Source of the DNA: Delftia acidovorans NBRC 14950
GTDB taxonomy: Bacteria > Pseudomonadota > Gammaproteobacteria > Burkholderiales > Burkholderiaceae_C
Direction of reading: 5' to 3'
Assembly: GCF_001598795.1 (NCBI RefSeq)
Contig: NZ_BCZP01000017.1
Span: 30,001 to 62,000 of the forward strand
DNA length: 32,000 bases
Shown: piece by piece, positions 17,621-25,882 of the stretch
Numbering within the stretch: the stretch's first letter is position 1
How the letters are laid out: every line of letters begins with the position of its first letter
Notes under the pieces: generated by a model
What the model saw: only the letters and a program-made list of their open reading frames with translations
Database searches by the model: none
What the model was told of the DNA's origin: nothing
Made by a program: the position numbers and the translations under genes

Positions 17621-18841
17621 ATGAAGAAAAATCAAACCCACTCAGATATTCACACTTCCAAGCTGGAGGCAATATTTCTCGAATCAGCAACAGCACTGCG
17701 ATATAATCCACTGCTCGGCATTCCCCAGGACCTTTGCGACATCATTTCCCGGCAAGGTCCATCCGTACGGGTTTTTATTCTGGGCAGCAGAGGATTTTCG
17801 GAAGATATCATCCGAATCTCTCGCCAGGGAAAATTCGTTGTCGAGGCAGTCGTTGATGATTTTCTCTGCCAAAAGGAATCCACGCATCGTGGAATTCCAT
17901 TAATCTCCACCGAAGCCTTTCTTTCCAAAGCCTGCGGGCAGAGTGATGCGGTAGCCATCAACACCTGCGGCCACGACAAGCCGAAGTTCTTCTTCAACCA
18001 TGTGTGCCGTACCAATGGGATTCCACACTTGAGTTTTGAGCAATTCGTCAGAGCATTTGGCATCAGCGGTCTGCTCGATTTCCGGCTCGACGACTGGGGC
18101 CCATATATCGCAGACAACGTCGAAAGATACCAGCAACTGGCCCAGCGCCTGTCGGATGGTTATTCAGTACAAACACTTTATTCGATCCTGAACTACCGGC
18201 TTACCTGCGATCCAAGCCACTACTATGAAATCGAGCGCCCCTATTCAGCACTCTATTTCAGGTCTGGCCTGTTGAGCTTCGGAAAATCGGAAAAGATGGT
18301 GGACTGCGGAGCCTCTGTGGGCGAAGCGCTTATGGGTCTTGCCGAGGTCACCGACGGAGATTTCGCCCATAGCTGGCTGATCGAGCCTGATCGATTCAAC
18401 ATCCAGACGCTGCAGGCTTTGCGCCGCCGTTACGAAGGCTCGGCACTGGCCTCAAGAACCAGCATCCACGGTTGCGGCGTGGGCGAAACCCCATGCAGGG
18501 TTCCCTTCAAGCACGAAGGAGGCCATGGCAGCTCCATCCACGCGGCCGATTCAGCGTGCAGCGAGGAGGACATGATCGACGTGCGCCCGATAGATGAAAT
18601 CATTGACGATGCGCCCAGCTTCATCAAGATGGACGTGGAGGGTGCAGAACTGTCTGCCCTCAAGGGTGCCCGCCAGTCACTGAAGAACCATGCGCCCAAG
18701 CTGGCCATCTCCGCCTACCACCGGACATCCGATCTGCTGGAGATCACGGACTATGTCATGCAGCAGCAGCCCGGATACAAGATAGGACTGCGCCACCACA
18801 CCCATTTCCGCTGGGACACCTGCCTGTACTTCTATTCGTGA
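17621..18841 (+). CDS. FkbM-family SAM-dependent methyltransferase with an extra N-terminal domain of about 200 aa
   Basis: 406 aa. The C-terminal half has FkbM-type blocks MVDCGASVGEA and FIKMDVEGAELSALKGA. The N-terminal half (VRVFILGSRGFSEDII...VVEAVVDDF...GIPLIS) looks Rossmann-like. Confidence 0.8.
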   Translation: MKKNQTHSDIHTSKLEAIFLESATALRYNPLLGIPQDLCDIISRQGPSVRVFILGSRGFSEDIIRISRQGKFVVEAVVDDFLCQKESTHRGIPLISTEAFLSKACGQSDAVAINTCGHDKPKFFFNHVCRTNGIPHLSFEQFVRAFGISGLLDFRLDDWGPYIADNVERYQQLAQRLSDGYSVQTLYSILNYRLTCDPSHYYEIERPYSALYFRSGLLSFGKSEKMVDCGASVGEALMGLAEVTDGDFAHSWLIEPDRFNIQTLQALRRRYEGSALASRTSIHGCGVGETPCRVPFKHEGGHGSSIHAADSACSEEDMIDVRPIDEIIDDAPSFIKMDVEGAELSALKGARQSLKNHAPKLAISAYHRTSDLLEITDYVMQQQPGYKIGLRHHTHFRWDTCLYFYS

Positions 18842-18851
18842 TCAAGGCATT

Positions 18852-18871
18852 CATGCATGGTCACATGCATG
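18852..18871. terminator. Hairpin at the convergent junction (possible bidirectional terminator)
   Basis: Two copies of the self-complementary octamer CATGCATG (18852-18859 and 18864-18871) are separated by GTCA. They lie between the FkbM stop (18841) and the aminotransferase stop (18879). There is no U-tract. Confidence 0.3.
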
Positions 18872-18878
18872 TCCCGCT

Positions 18879-20096
18879 TCAATCAGCCAGCGTGACTGGG
18901 GCTGGCGCGCGCAAAGGTTGGCTTGGACTGGGAGGGCAGTTTCCCTGCAGGCTCTGGGTCACCACGTCGCACAGGCGCTGGCGCTGATCCCGTGTCATGT
19001 CCAGAAAAAACGGCAGGCCCAGCAGCGTCTCTCCCAGTTCACATGCATGGCGTATTTCCAACCGCAGGCACTGTGACTCCAGCACCGGCATCTGTTGCAA
19101 CAGCGGCTGATACCAACGGCGAGTTGCGATGCGGGCTGCCTGGCAGCCCGCCTCTAGTGCTGCGCGCGCGGCCTCCCCCGGCAGGCGTGTGCACAGCAGG
19201 GAAGGCGCCGCCAGGTGACCACCGCTACCCTGTGCTTGCCAGGACAAGCTGTGGCCACTGGCCTCATTCAATGCAGCGATCAGTTCGGCCTGTAACTCGC
19301 GCCTCTGCCTTGCGTGCTCGTCCCAGACTTGCAGCGAAGCCAAGCCGATGGCTGCGTGGTATTCGCTCATCTTGGCGTTACTGCCCATGGAGGCCAGCGT
19401 ACCGACCGGCAATCCTGCAGCGGGATTCAGGTTGATACCGAAATTGGAGAGCTGGCGCACCCTGGCAGCCAAATCCGGGCGCGTTGAAACAATAAGCCCG
19501 CCTTCGCCGGCCGGCAGGCTTTTCGTGGTGTGCAGACTGAAGACCAAGGTACCCTGCGCGCCTTGCAGCCACTGGCTTCCATAGGCAGCAGCTGCATCGA
19601 TGACTACGGGCAATCCGGTTTCCAATTCAAACTGCTGCCATGCCTGCATGTCATAGGGCATACCAAAAGTGGCGACGGGCAACACCGCATCGATGCGCAT
19701 CTGCTTGCAGGCCGCGTGTGCAATGGCAGGGGTCAGCATCCAGCTGGAAGGATCCACATCACCGATCACGGGCACGTGGCCTGCACGGATCACCGCAGTG
19801 GCAGTGGCCACGAAGGTAAAGGACGGCACCAGTACACGGGAACCTCGGGGCAGATCCAGCGCCTGCAGCACCAGCTCCAGCCCCAGAGTGGCATTGGCCA
19901 CCGTCGTCAGAGCATCACTGGGCACAGCAAATCGATGAGCGAACGCCGCCTCCAACTCCTGTACCAACGGGCCAAAGTTGGAATAGTGCCGTGCTGCATG
20001 CATGCGCTCCAACCAAGGCAACAAGGCCTTCGGCGCAGGCATGTCGGGCACCAGAAGCGGAATGGGATCCATGTTCGTGGGTCGATTGAGGTTCAT
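18879..20096 (-). CDS. DegT/DnrJ/EryC1/StrS-family PLP-dependent sugar aminotransferase
   Basis: 405 aa. The PLP-lysine context is FSLHTTKSLPAGEGG. The N-terminal part reads YSNFGPLVQELEAAFA. The ATG at 20096 overlaps the stop of the upstream GT gene (ATGA). An alternative start is Met9 at 20072. Confidence 0.88.
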   Translation of the reverse strand: MNLNRPTNMDPIPLLVPDMPAPKALLPWLERMHAARHYSNFGPLVQELEAAFAHRFAVPSDALTTVANATLGLELVLQALDLPRGSRVLVPSFTFVATATAVIRAGHVPVIGDVDPSSWMLTPAIAHAACKQMRIDAVLPVATFGMPYDMQAWQQFELETGLPVVIDAAAAYGSQWLQGAQGTLVFSLHTTKSLPAGEGGLIVSTRPDLAARVRQLSNFGINLNPAAGLPVGTLASMGSNAKMSEYHAAIGLASLQVWDEHARQRRELQAELIAALNEASGHSLSWQAQGSGGHLAAPSLLCTRLPGEAARAALEAGCQAARIATRRWYQPLLQQMPVLESQCLRLEIRHACELGETLLGLPFFLDMTRDQRQRLCDVVTQSLQGNCPPSPSQPLRAPAPVTLAD

Positions 20097-21745
20097 GCGA
20101 CAGCGTCCGCTTCGGCCAGCAGGGCGTCCAGATCAACGGCCGCACTCAAATTGCGGCGATCCCCGTTCAGCCAGTTGAGCCACATCAGACGGAAGGCCTT
20201 CTCCAGCTCGGCCGTCCGCTCGGGATAGTTCATCAGCACGCTGGCCTCCATGCTGGCGCGCGCGGTCAGTCGCTGTTGGCGCAGACGCTCGGGATCGTTC
20301 ATCAGCTGCAATGCGGCCTGCACATATTCCTGCTCGTTATTGGTGACCTCTCCACCGAAGCCCAGGCCGACAAGGGTTCGTGCCGTCGAGGCGTCAACAC
20401 CCCGCTCGGCATCCAGTGTCACGATGGTCAGCCCCATCCACAGGGCGTGCAACGTAGTGGTGCCACCGGAAACAGGTGATGTATCCAGCGCCACATCGGC
20501 GATATGCCCCAGTTCCATGAAGCGGTCCAGTGGCTGCTGATGCAGCACCGAGACACGATCCAACGGCATGCCAGCGTTTTGCACGCGTGGCAGCATATGG
20601 ATCTGGGCGGCCTCAGGCTCCTGCTCCTTGACCATGATGATCAGCCGTGCGTCCTGGCGCTCGTTCAGTATGCGCGCCCAGACGGACAGCATCTGGTCTG
20701 TAATCTTGGATGAACTATTGAGCGATATCAGCGTGGGATAGCCGTTGCGCAGCATGGGCGGCTCCTCACACAAGGGTGAGTATTCAGGTGGCGCATAGCT
20801 GGCCATGCAACTCAGTTGGAACAGTGCCTCCGAGTAGTAAGGAGCATGGCTGGGGGGAGCGATGCCGGCATCCACCAGACGGTAATCCATGGCCTTCATG
20901 CCCAGAGTGTGCATGTACCCAAGCCAGGTCACTTGCACTGGTGCCGCACGCCGGGCGAACACCTCCATCCGGTGGCCCAGGGTAAAGCCCGACAGGTCCA
21001 CGAGGATGTCGATGCCGTCAGCACGTATCTGGTCAACCAATTGCACCTCGGTCAGATCGGCAACCTCGCGCCAATTCGGCACCAACGCGCGCAACTGCGC
21101 AGTCACCCAATCGGGCTTGCCGCTGGAGTAGACATGGATTTCGACGTTCTCGGGATCATGGTGGGCCAGCACAGGACGCATGAAGAACGCCACCGAGTGC
21201 TCGCGAAAATCCGCCGTCACGTATCCGACCTTGAGACGCTTGCGCGGGTTGCGGTCGCGCCCTGGCAGCGGCGCTGACTTGCGCGTCAGCGGATCAGAAA
21301 AGCGCCTGCCCCAATCAGCGGCCACTTGCAGCGATCGCGCTGAATCGCTGCTGGTGTGCGAATGGATGTAGGCACGCATCATCCAATGCTGCCCATCGTT
21401 CTTTTTGTGCCGACAGGCCTCGTCAATGAGGTCGCAGGCCTGCTCGCGCTGGCCAGTGCTGAACAGCGCAAGGGCCAGCAGGCGCTGCGCATCAGGCATA
21501 CGAGGCTCCATCTCCAGGGCCGCCTGCAGGGCATCAACGGCCTTGTGCCAGATGGCCATGCGCACATAGACAAACCCTATGTGCAGCCACACATGGGCGT
21601 TACGCGGCTCCTGGACCACCAGTTGCGACAGTGCACCCAGCGCCTGTATGAACTGCATTTGCTCGACCATGGCGCGGACACGCGCAAGCTCCTGAGGGAT
21701 GCTGACCGGTGGCGAGGAAGTTTCGGCGAGTACGGAAGAAGGCAT
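20093..21745 (-). CDS. TPR-repeat protein with a C-terminal GT41 (SPINDLY/OGT-like) glycosyltransferase domain
   Basis: 550 aa. The N-terminal TPRs include AHVWLHIGFVYVRMAIWHKAVDALQAALEMEP... The C-terminal blocks are typical of OGT-like bacterial proteins: LKVGYVTADFREHSVAFFMRPVLAHHDPENVEIHVY and GIDILVDLSGFTLGHRMEVFARRAAPVQVTWLGY. Confidence 0.82.
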   Translation of the reverse strand: MPSSVLAETSSPPVSIPQELARVRAMVEQMQFIQALGALSQLVVQEPRNAHVWLHIGFVYVRMAIWHKAVDALQAALEMEPRMPDAQRLLALALFSTGQREQACDLIDEACRHKKNDGQHWMMRAYIHSHTSSDSARSLQVAADWGRRFSDPLTRKSAPLPGRDRNPRKRLKVGYVTADFREHSVAFFMRPVLAHHDPENVEIHVYSSGKPDWVTAQLRALVPNWREVADLTEVQLVDQIRADGIDILVDLSGFTLGHRMEVFARRAAPVQVTWLGYMHTLGMKAMDYRLVDAGIAPPSHAPYYSEALFQLSCMASYAPPEYSPLCEEPPMLRNGYPTLISLNSSSKITDQMLSVWARILNERQDARLIIMVKEQEPEAAQIHMLPRVQNAGMPLDRVSVLHQQPLDRFMELGHIADVALDTSPVSGGTTTLHALWMGLTIVTLDAERGVDASTARTLVGLGFGGEVTNNEQEYVQAALQLMNDPERLRQQRLTARASMEASVLMNYPERTAELEKAFRLMWLNWLNGDRRNLSAAVDLDALLAEADAVA

Positions 21746-22055
21746 GGCTATGGACCAGAGAATGCGCTATGGCACGGCAGGATGGAGCTTTGGCAACTAT
21801 CCACTTTTGCCCGCCGACCAATCCGCTGTTAAGCAGCCTAGTTGCAACGCACAAACAGACACCGTTTCCAGGTGCAGTTGCAGCTTTTGCCACACCATCT
21901 GCAACCGGCCAGACACATCACACCGCCCAGTTGGTCACCCCGAGACACACAAGCCGCTAAGCCACGGCCCCACAGGCAAGCACCTGCTGGAGCTTCGGAA
22001 AGACACAAGCTCTTAACGCTTTTGATCGCCCGCTCTGTCGAGCCGAGTTCTCATC

Positions 22056-23108
22056 TCAGGAATCCGAAGCCGGCATGGGGTGGCGCAGCCTCAGAGCCCG
22101 GGCCTCGTCCAGATTTCCGAGTTGCTCGTGCATCACGGCCAGATTGTGCGCCGCAAGATAGCTGCCCCGCCCCGCCACCCCGCCATGCGGGCCCGCATCC
22201 ACCTCTCCGATCTCCAGGCAGCGTTCCCAGGAAGCCTGAGCCATCGAAAGCCAGTGCTCAACCTGACCATCAAGCTTGGCAATGGCCGCATCCAGCAGGA
22301 CACCGCCCAGAGTGAAAAAGAAATCGGGCGAATCCTGCCATTTCGGCATCTGGGCCTGCGCCAGGGCTAAGCCCTCTTCATGGCGGCCCGCTTGCCCCAG
22401 GCAATAAAGGTGTCTGACGCACAGATCGTGCTCATAGCCACTCGACACTTCAAGTTGCTCCATCGCCACGCCATAGTGTGCGCACGCATTAGAGAAATCC
22501 CTGTTCAGTTCGAAGTCCACGCCCAGTTGGTAGTTGATATAGGCATCACGAGGATTTCTACTCAACTCCTGCAGAAGAAGACGCTGGTTTCTCCCCTGCT
22601 TGCGCGACATCTGCTCAGGCAGATATCCGTCATGCCGAATGACCAGCGGCACCAGCACACGTGGCAGGTCGGACGCGGGCTGTTCATGGACGACCCCTTG
22701 ATAACGCACCCCCCGTGGCAAAAGCCGGGTAATCCGCGAACGGCTCACCGCGCCGGTCACGCCCATTTCGTACAGGCTCTGGACGTCGGCAACCCCGAGT
22801 TGGCGCTCCATCGTCGGCAACCCTGCCAACCACGCGCCACCCTCAACCAGCCATTCATCGGCGTCGAGAACCAGGTTCCAGTTCGCATCCGCCAGATCGA
22901 GGGCCCGGTTGCGGGCAGCGGCGAAATCATCACACCACTCAAAGCGATGCACCTGCGCACCGCAGCTGCGGGCGATCTCCATCGTACGGTCCACGGAGCC
23001 CGTATCCAGCACCAGGACTTCGTCCACGAAGTCTTTGACGCTGTCAATGCAGCGGGCTATTGAGCGTTCTTCATCGCGCGCGATGATGACAAGAGCAGTC
23101 TGGGGCAT
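22056..23108 (-). CDS. Family 2 glycosyltransferase with C-terminal TPR repeats
   Basis: The GT-A signature reads ALVIIARDEERSIARCIDSV...VLVLDTGSVDRT...LVLDADEWL (DxD). The C-terminal TPR-like helices include YINYQLGVDFELNRDFSNACAHY and LAAHNLAVMHEQLGNLDEA. The start is uncertain. The domain boundary favours ATG 23108, which has no clear SD. The ORF remains open to the ATG at 23213. Confidence 0.8.
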   Translation of the reverse strand: MPQTALVIIARDEERSIARCIDSVKDFVDEVLVLDTGSVDRTMEIARSCGAQVHRFEWCDDFAAARNRALDLADANWNLVLDADEWLVEGGAWLAGLPTMERQLGVADVQSLYEMGVTGAVSRSRITRLLPRGVRYQGVVHEQPASDLPRVLVPLVIRHDGYLPEQMSRKQGRNQRLLLQELSRNPRDAYINYQLGVDFELNRDFSNACAHYGVAMEQLEVSSGYEHDLCVRHLYCLGQAGRHEEGLALAQAQMPKWQDSPDFFFTLGGVLLDAAIAKLDGQVEHWLSMAQASWERCLEIGEVDAGPHGGVAGRGSYLAAHNLAVMHEQLGNLDEARALRLRHPMPASDS

Positions 23109-23193
23109 ATGAATGGAAAAGAACGTCGGAGTCAGGCAAATGCTGGCTGCCTCCAGGCCTGCAAGCAGGCCGACCCGTCGATCGCGCAGGGGC

Positions 23194-23213
23194 ATCGACA
23201 TCGAAATCGACAT
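23194..23213. repeat. Direct repeat ATCGACAT-CGAA-ATCGACAT in the GT2/motA divergent region
   Basis: Two exact 8-mers at 23194-23201 and 23206-23213, spaced 12 bp centre to centre. Confidence 0.6.
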
Positions 23214-23348
23214 ATACCCACTAATGTCTTCCCAGATGCCCGCGCCGAAGCTGCGATCTGACCGACGAACACCTGAATTCTCCAGCTTTCATTGCGAAGC
23301 GCGCATGTAGCATGCATGCGTCTGATCGCATCTTCACCGGGTGAACCC

Positions 23349-23375
23349 TACATCCCTGGCCCAAGCTGCCGATCT
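23349..23375 (+). promoter_or_regulatory. Weak FliA (sigma28)-like motif upstream of motA
   Basis: TACA-N15-GCCGATCT against TAAA-N15-GCCGATAA. The -10 element matches 6/8 and the extended -35 element is poor. It lies 64 nt upstream of the motA ATG. Confidence 0.3.
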
Positions 23376-23438
23376 AACAAGCAATCACCCGACTTTTCAG
23401 CCCAACGCCGTCACCGCGCGCGCTCACAATCCACTCCC

Positions 23439-24299
23439 ATGCTTGTCATCATCGGATACATCGTCGCCTTCGGTTGCATCTTCGGCACCTATGTGCTGCA
23501 CGGGGGCAACGTCCAGGTCATTCTCAAGGCCCTGCCCTTCGAGATGGTGACCATCGGCGGCGGCGCCATCGGCGCCTTCATCGTGTGCAACCAGCCCAAG
23601 GTGCTCAAGGCCACGGCCAAGGCCATCCCTGGCGTGATGAAGAGTTCACGCTACACCAAGGCCCGCTTCATGGAGCTGATGGCCTTGCTGTACGAGATTC
23701 TGCAAAAGGCCCGCAAGGAGGGCCTGATGTCCATCGAAAGCGATGTGGAGGCACCCAACGAGTCGCCCATCTTCACCAAGTACCCCGAGCTGCTGGCCGA
23801 CCACCATGTGGTGGAGTTCCTGACCGACTACCTGCGCATGATGGTGTCGGGCAACCTCAACTCCCATGAGATCGAGTCGCTGATGGACAGCGAGATCGAG
23901 GCGCATCACGCCGAAGCGCATGCCCCGGTCAATGCGTTGACCCGCCTGGCCGGCGCCCTGCCCGCCTTCGGGATCATTGCGGCCGTGCTCGGTGTGGTGA
24001 ACACCATGGGCTCGGTGGGCCAGCCGCCTTCCGTGCTGGGCGGCATGATCGCCTCGGCCCTGGTCGGTACCTTCCTGGGCATTTTGCTGGCCTACGCGCT
24101 GGTGGAGCCCATGGCCGGCCTGGTGGAGCAGCGCGCCCAGGATGCCGCCAAGGAACTGGAGTGCATCAAGACCACCTTGCTGGCCAGCATGCAGGGCTAC
24201 AACCCCGCCACGGCCATCGAGTTCGGCCGCAAGGTGCTGTTCTCCACCGAACGTCCCGGGTTCCTTGAACTGGAAACCCACGTCAAGGGCAAGAAGTAA
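23439..24299 (+). CDS. motA: Flagellar stator protein MotA
   Basis: 286 aa from the ATG at 23439 (MLVIIGYIVAFGCIFGTYVLHGG). Conserved C-terminal TM pair: ALPAFGIIAAVLGVV and GTFLGILLAYALVEP. The track start at 23292 is an extension. Confidence 0.93.
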   Translation: MLVIIGYIVAFGCIFGTYVLHGGNVQVILKALPFEMVTIGGGAIGAFIVCNQPKVLKATAKAIPGVMKSSRYTKARFMELMALLYEILQKARKEGLMSIESDVEAPNESPIFTKYPELLADHHVVEFLTDYLRMMVSGNLNSHEIESLMDSEIEAHHAEAHAPVNALTRLAGALPAFGIIAAVLGVVNTMGSVGQPPSVLGGMIASALVGTFLGILLAYALVEPMAGLVEQRAQDAAKELECIKTTLLASMQGYNPATAIEFGRKVLFSTERPGFLELETHVKGKK

Positions 24300-24323
24300 T
24301 CCTGCGTCCAGCAGCGTCAAGCC

Positions 24324-25361
24324 ATGGCAGAGAAAAAGTTACAGCCGATCATCATCAAGCGCGTCAAGAAGACGGCGCATGCACCCCACGGCGGTGCCTG
24401 GAAGATCGCCTATGCCGACTTCGTGACCGCGATGATGGCCTTCTTCCTGCTGATGTGGCTGCTGGGCTCCACGGCCAAGGGTGAGCTGCAGGGCATTGCG
24501 GCGTATTTTTCCTCGCCGCTGAAGGTGGCGATGGCCGGCGGCGACGGTGCAGGCAACAGCTCCAGCGTGATTCCCGGCGGCGGCAACGATCTGGCCAAGG
24601 TGCACGGCCAGGTGCGGCGCTCGGAGGCAGCGGACAGCTCCAACCGGCGCACCAGCGTCGATGCGGGCCGCGCTGACCAGGCCCAGGTGGATTCCAACCG
24701 CATCAAGGCGCTCAAGGCCAAGGTGGACGCAATGATCACCAGCAATGCGCGCCTCAACGAATTCCGCTCGCAGATCCGCACCGACGTGACGCCCGACGGC
24801 CTGCAGATCCAGATCGTGGACGAGCAAAACCGCCCCATGTTCGACAGCGGCAGCGCCATGGTCAAACCCTACATGCGCGACATCCTGCGCGAAGTGGGCG
24901 CGGCCCTGGCGGGCGCGGAAAACCGCATCAGCCTGTCCGGCCATACCGATGCCGCCCCTTACGGCAATGCCGACCGCGGCTACAGCAACTGGGAGCTGTC
25001 CTCCGACCGTGCCAACGCCTCGCGCCGCGAGCTGGTGGCGGCCGGCATGCCGCTGAACCAACTGGCCCGCATCACGGGCCTGGCCAGCAGCGACCTGCTG
25101 CTGCCCGATGATCCGCGTGCCCCGCAGAACCGGCGCATCACCATCACCGTGCTCACGCAGGAGGCTGAAAAGCGCCTGCTGGGCCACCGCGGACCTGTGA
25201 CACGCAACGCCTTGCCGCCCTCATTGGCCGGCGGCAATGGCGGCACGGCGAATGCGGCCACCATCGAATCCGCAACCGGCGAGACCGCTGCGCAGCCCGC
25301 CGCCACCTCGCCTGCAGCTGCCCCGTCTGCGCCCGCGTCACCTGATCGTGTAACAAATTAA
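24324..25361 (+). CDS. motB: Flagellar stator protein MotB
   Basis: The plug/TM region [22 protein letters not shown] contains the conserved Asp. The OmpA-like domain shows [26 protein letters not shown] and NRRITITV. An Ala/Pro-rich tail of about 60 aa follows. Confidence 0.93.
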   Translation: MAEKKLQPIIIKRVKKTAHAPHGGAWKIAYADFVTAMMAFFLLMWLLGSTAKGELQGIAAYFSSPLKVAMAGGDGAGNSSSVIPGGGNDLAKVHGQVRRSEAADSSNRRTSVDAGRADQAQVDSNRIKALKAKVDAMITSNARLNEFRSQIRTDVTPDGLQIQIVDEQNRPMFDSGSAMVKPYMRDILREVGAALAGAENRISLSGHTDAAPYGNADRGYSNWELSSDRANASRRELVAAGMPLNQLARITGLASSDLLLPDDPRAPQNRRITITVLTQEAEKRLLGHRGPVTRNALPPSLAGGNGGTANAATIESATGETAAQPAATSPAAAPSAPASPDRVTN

Positions 25362-25386
25362 GGTTTGCGCCCGATTCTGCCGAAAA
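25359..25386 (+). promoter_or_regulatory. Candidate FliA (sigma28) promoter for cheYZ
   Basis: TAAGGTTT-N12-GCCGAAAA against TAAAGTTT-N11-GCCGATAA (7/8 and 7/8, spacer one nt longer). The -35 element overlaps the motB stop codon TAA (25359-25361). Confidence 0.5.
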
Positions 25387-25485
25387 GCAGGAAAATTCCC
25401 ACATTGCGCCAAGAAGGTTTCATATTGTTACCATCGCGGCGGATTCTTACCAGTACCGAGCACCTACCGACCGAAAGGGCCTCAC

Positions 25486-25872
25486 GTGGCTAATGCCCTG
25501 CGTTTTTTGATCGTTGACGACTTCTCCACCATGCGGCGCATCGTGCGCAATCTGCTCAAGGAGAGCGGCTTTCCCGAAGCCGATGAAGCCGAAGACGGCG
25601 TCGTGGCACTGCACAAGCTGCGCAACAGCAAGTTTGATTTCGTGGTGACGGACATCAACATGCCCAACATGAACGGCTTCCAGCTGCTCACCGAAATCAA
25701 GCAGGACGACAAACTCAAGCACCTTCCCGTGCTGATGGTGACGGCCGAGGCACGCAAGGAGGACATCGTGGCAGCGGCCCAGGGCGGCGCGGCAGGCTAC
25801 ATCGTCAAGCCCTTCACCAAGGCCACGCTGGAAGAGAAAGTCAACCTGATCCTCAAAAAGCTGGGCCTGTAG
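25486..25872 (+). CDS. cheY: Chemotaxis response regulator CheY
   Basis: GTG start, with AAGGG 7 nt upstream. All CheY active-site contexts are present: [11 protein letters not shown] (acidic pair), [12 protein letters not shown] (phospho-Asp), LMVTAEA (Thr), YIVKPF (Lys). Confidence 0.95.
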   Translation: MANALRFLIVDDFSTMRRIVRNLLKESGFPEADEAEDGVVALHKLRNSKFDFVVTDINMPNMNGFQLLTEIKQDDKLKHLPVLMVTAEARKEDIVAAAQGGAAGYIVKPFTKATLEEKVNLILKKLGL

Positions 25873-25882
25873 GGCACGCGCC

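Noticed and set aside
21789-21810. TGGCAACTATCCACTTTTGCC, which resembles a sigma54 -24/-12 element.
   Set aside because: The GG to GC spacing is 15 nt instead of 10. It also points into the 3' end of the GT2 gene on the wrong strand.
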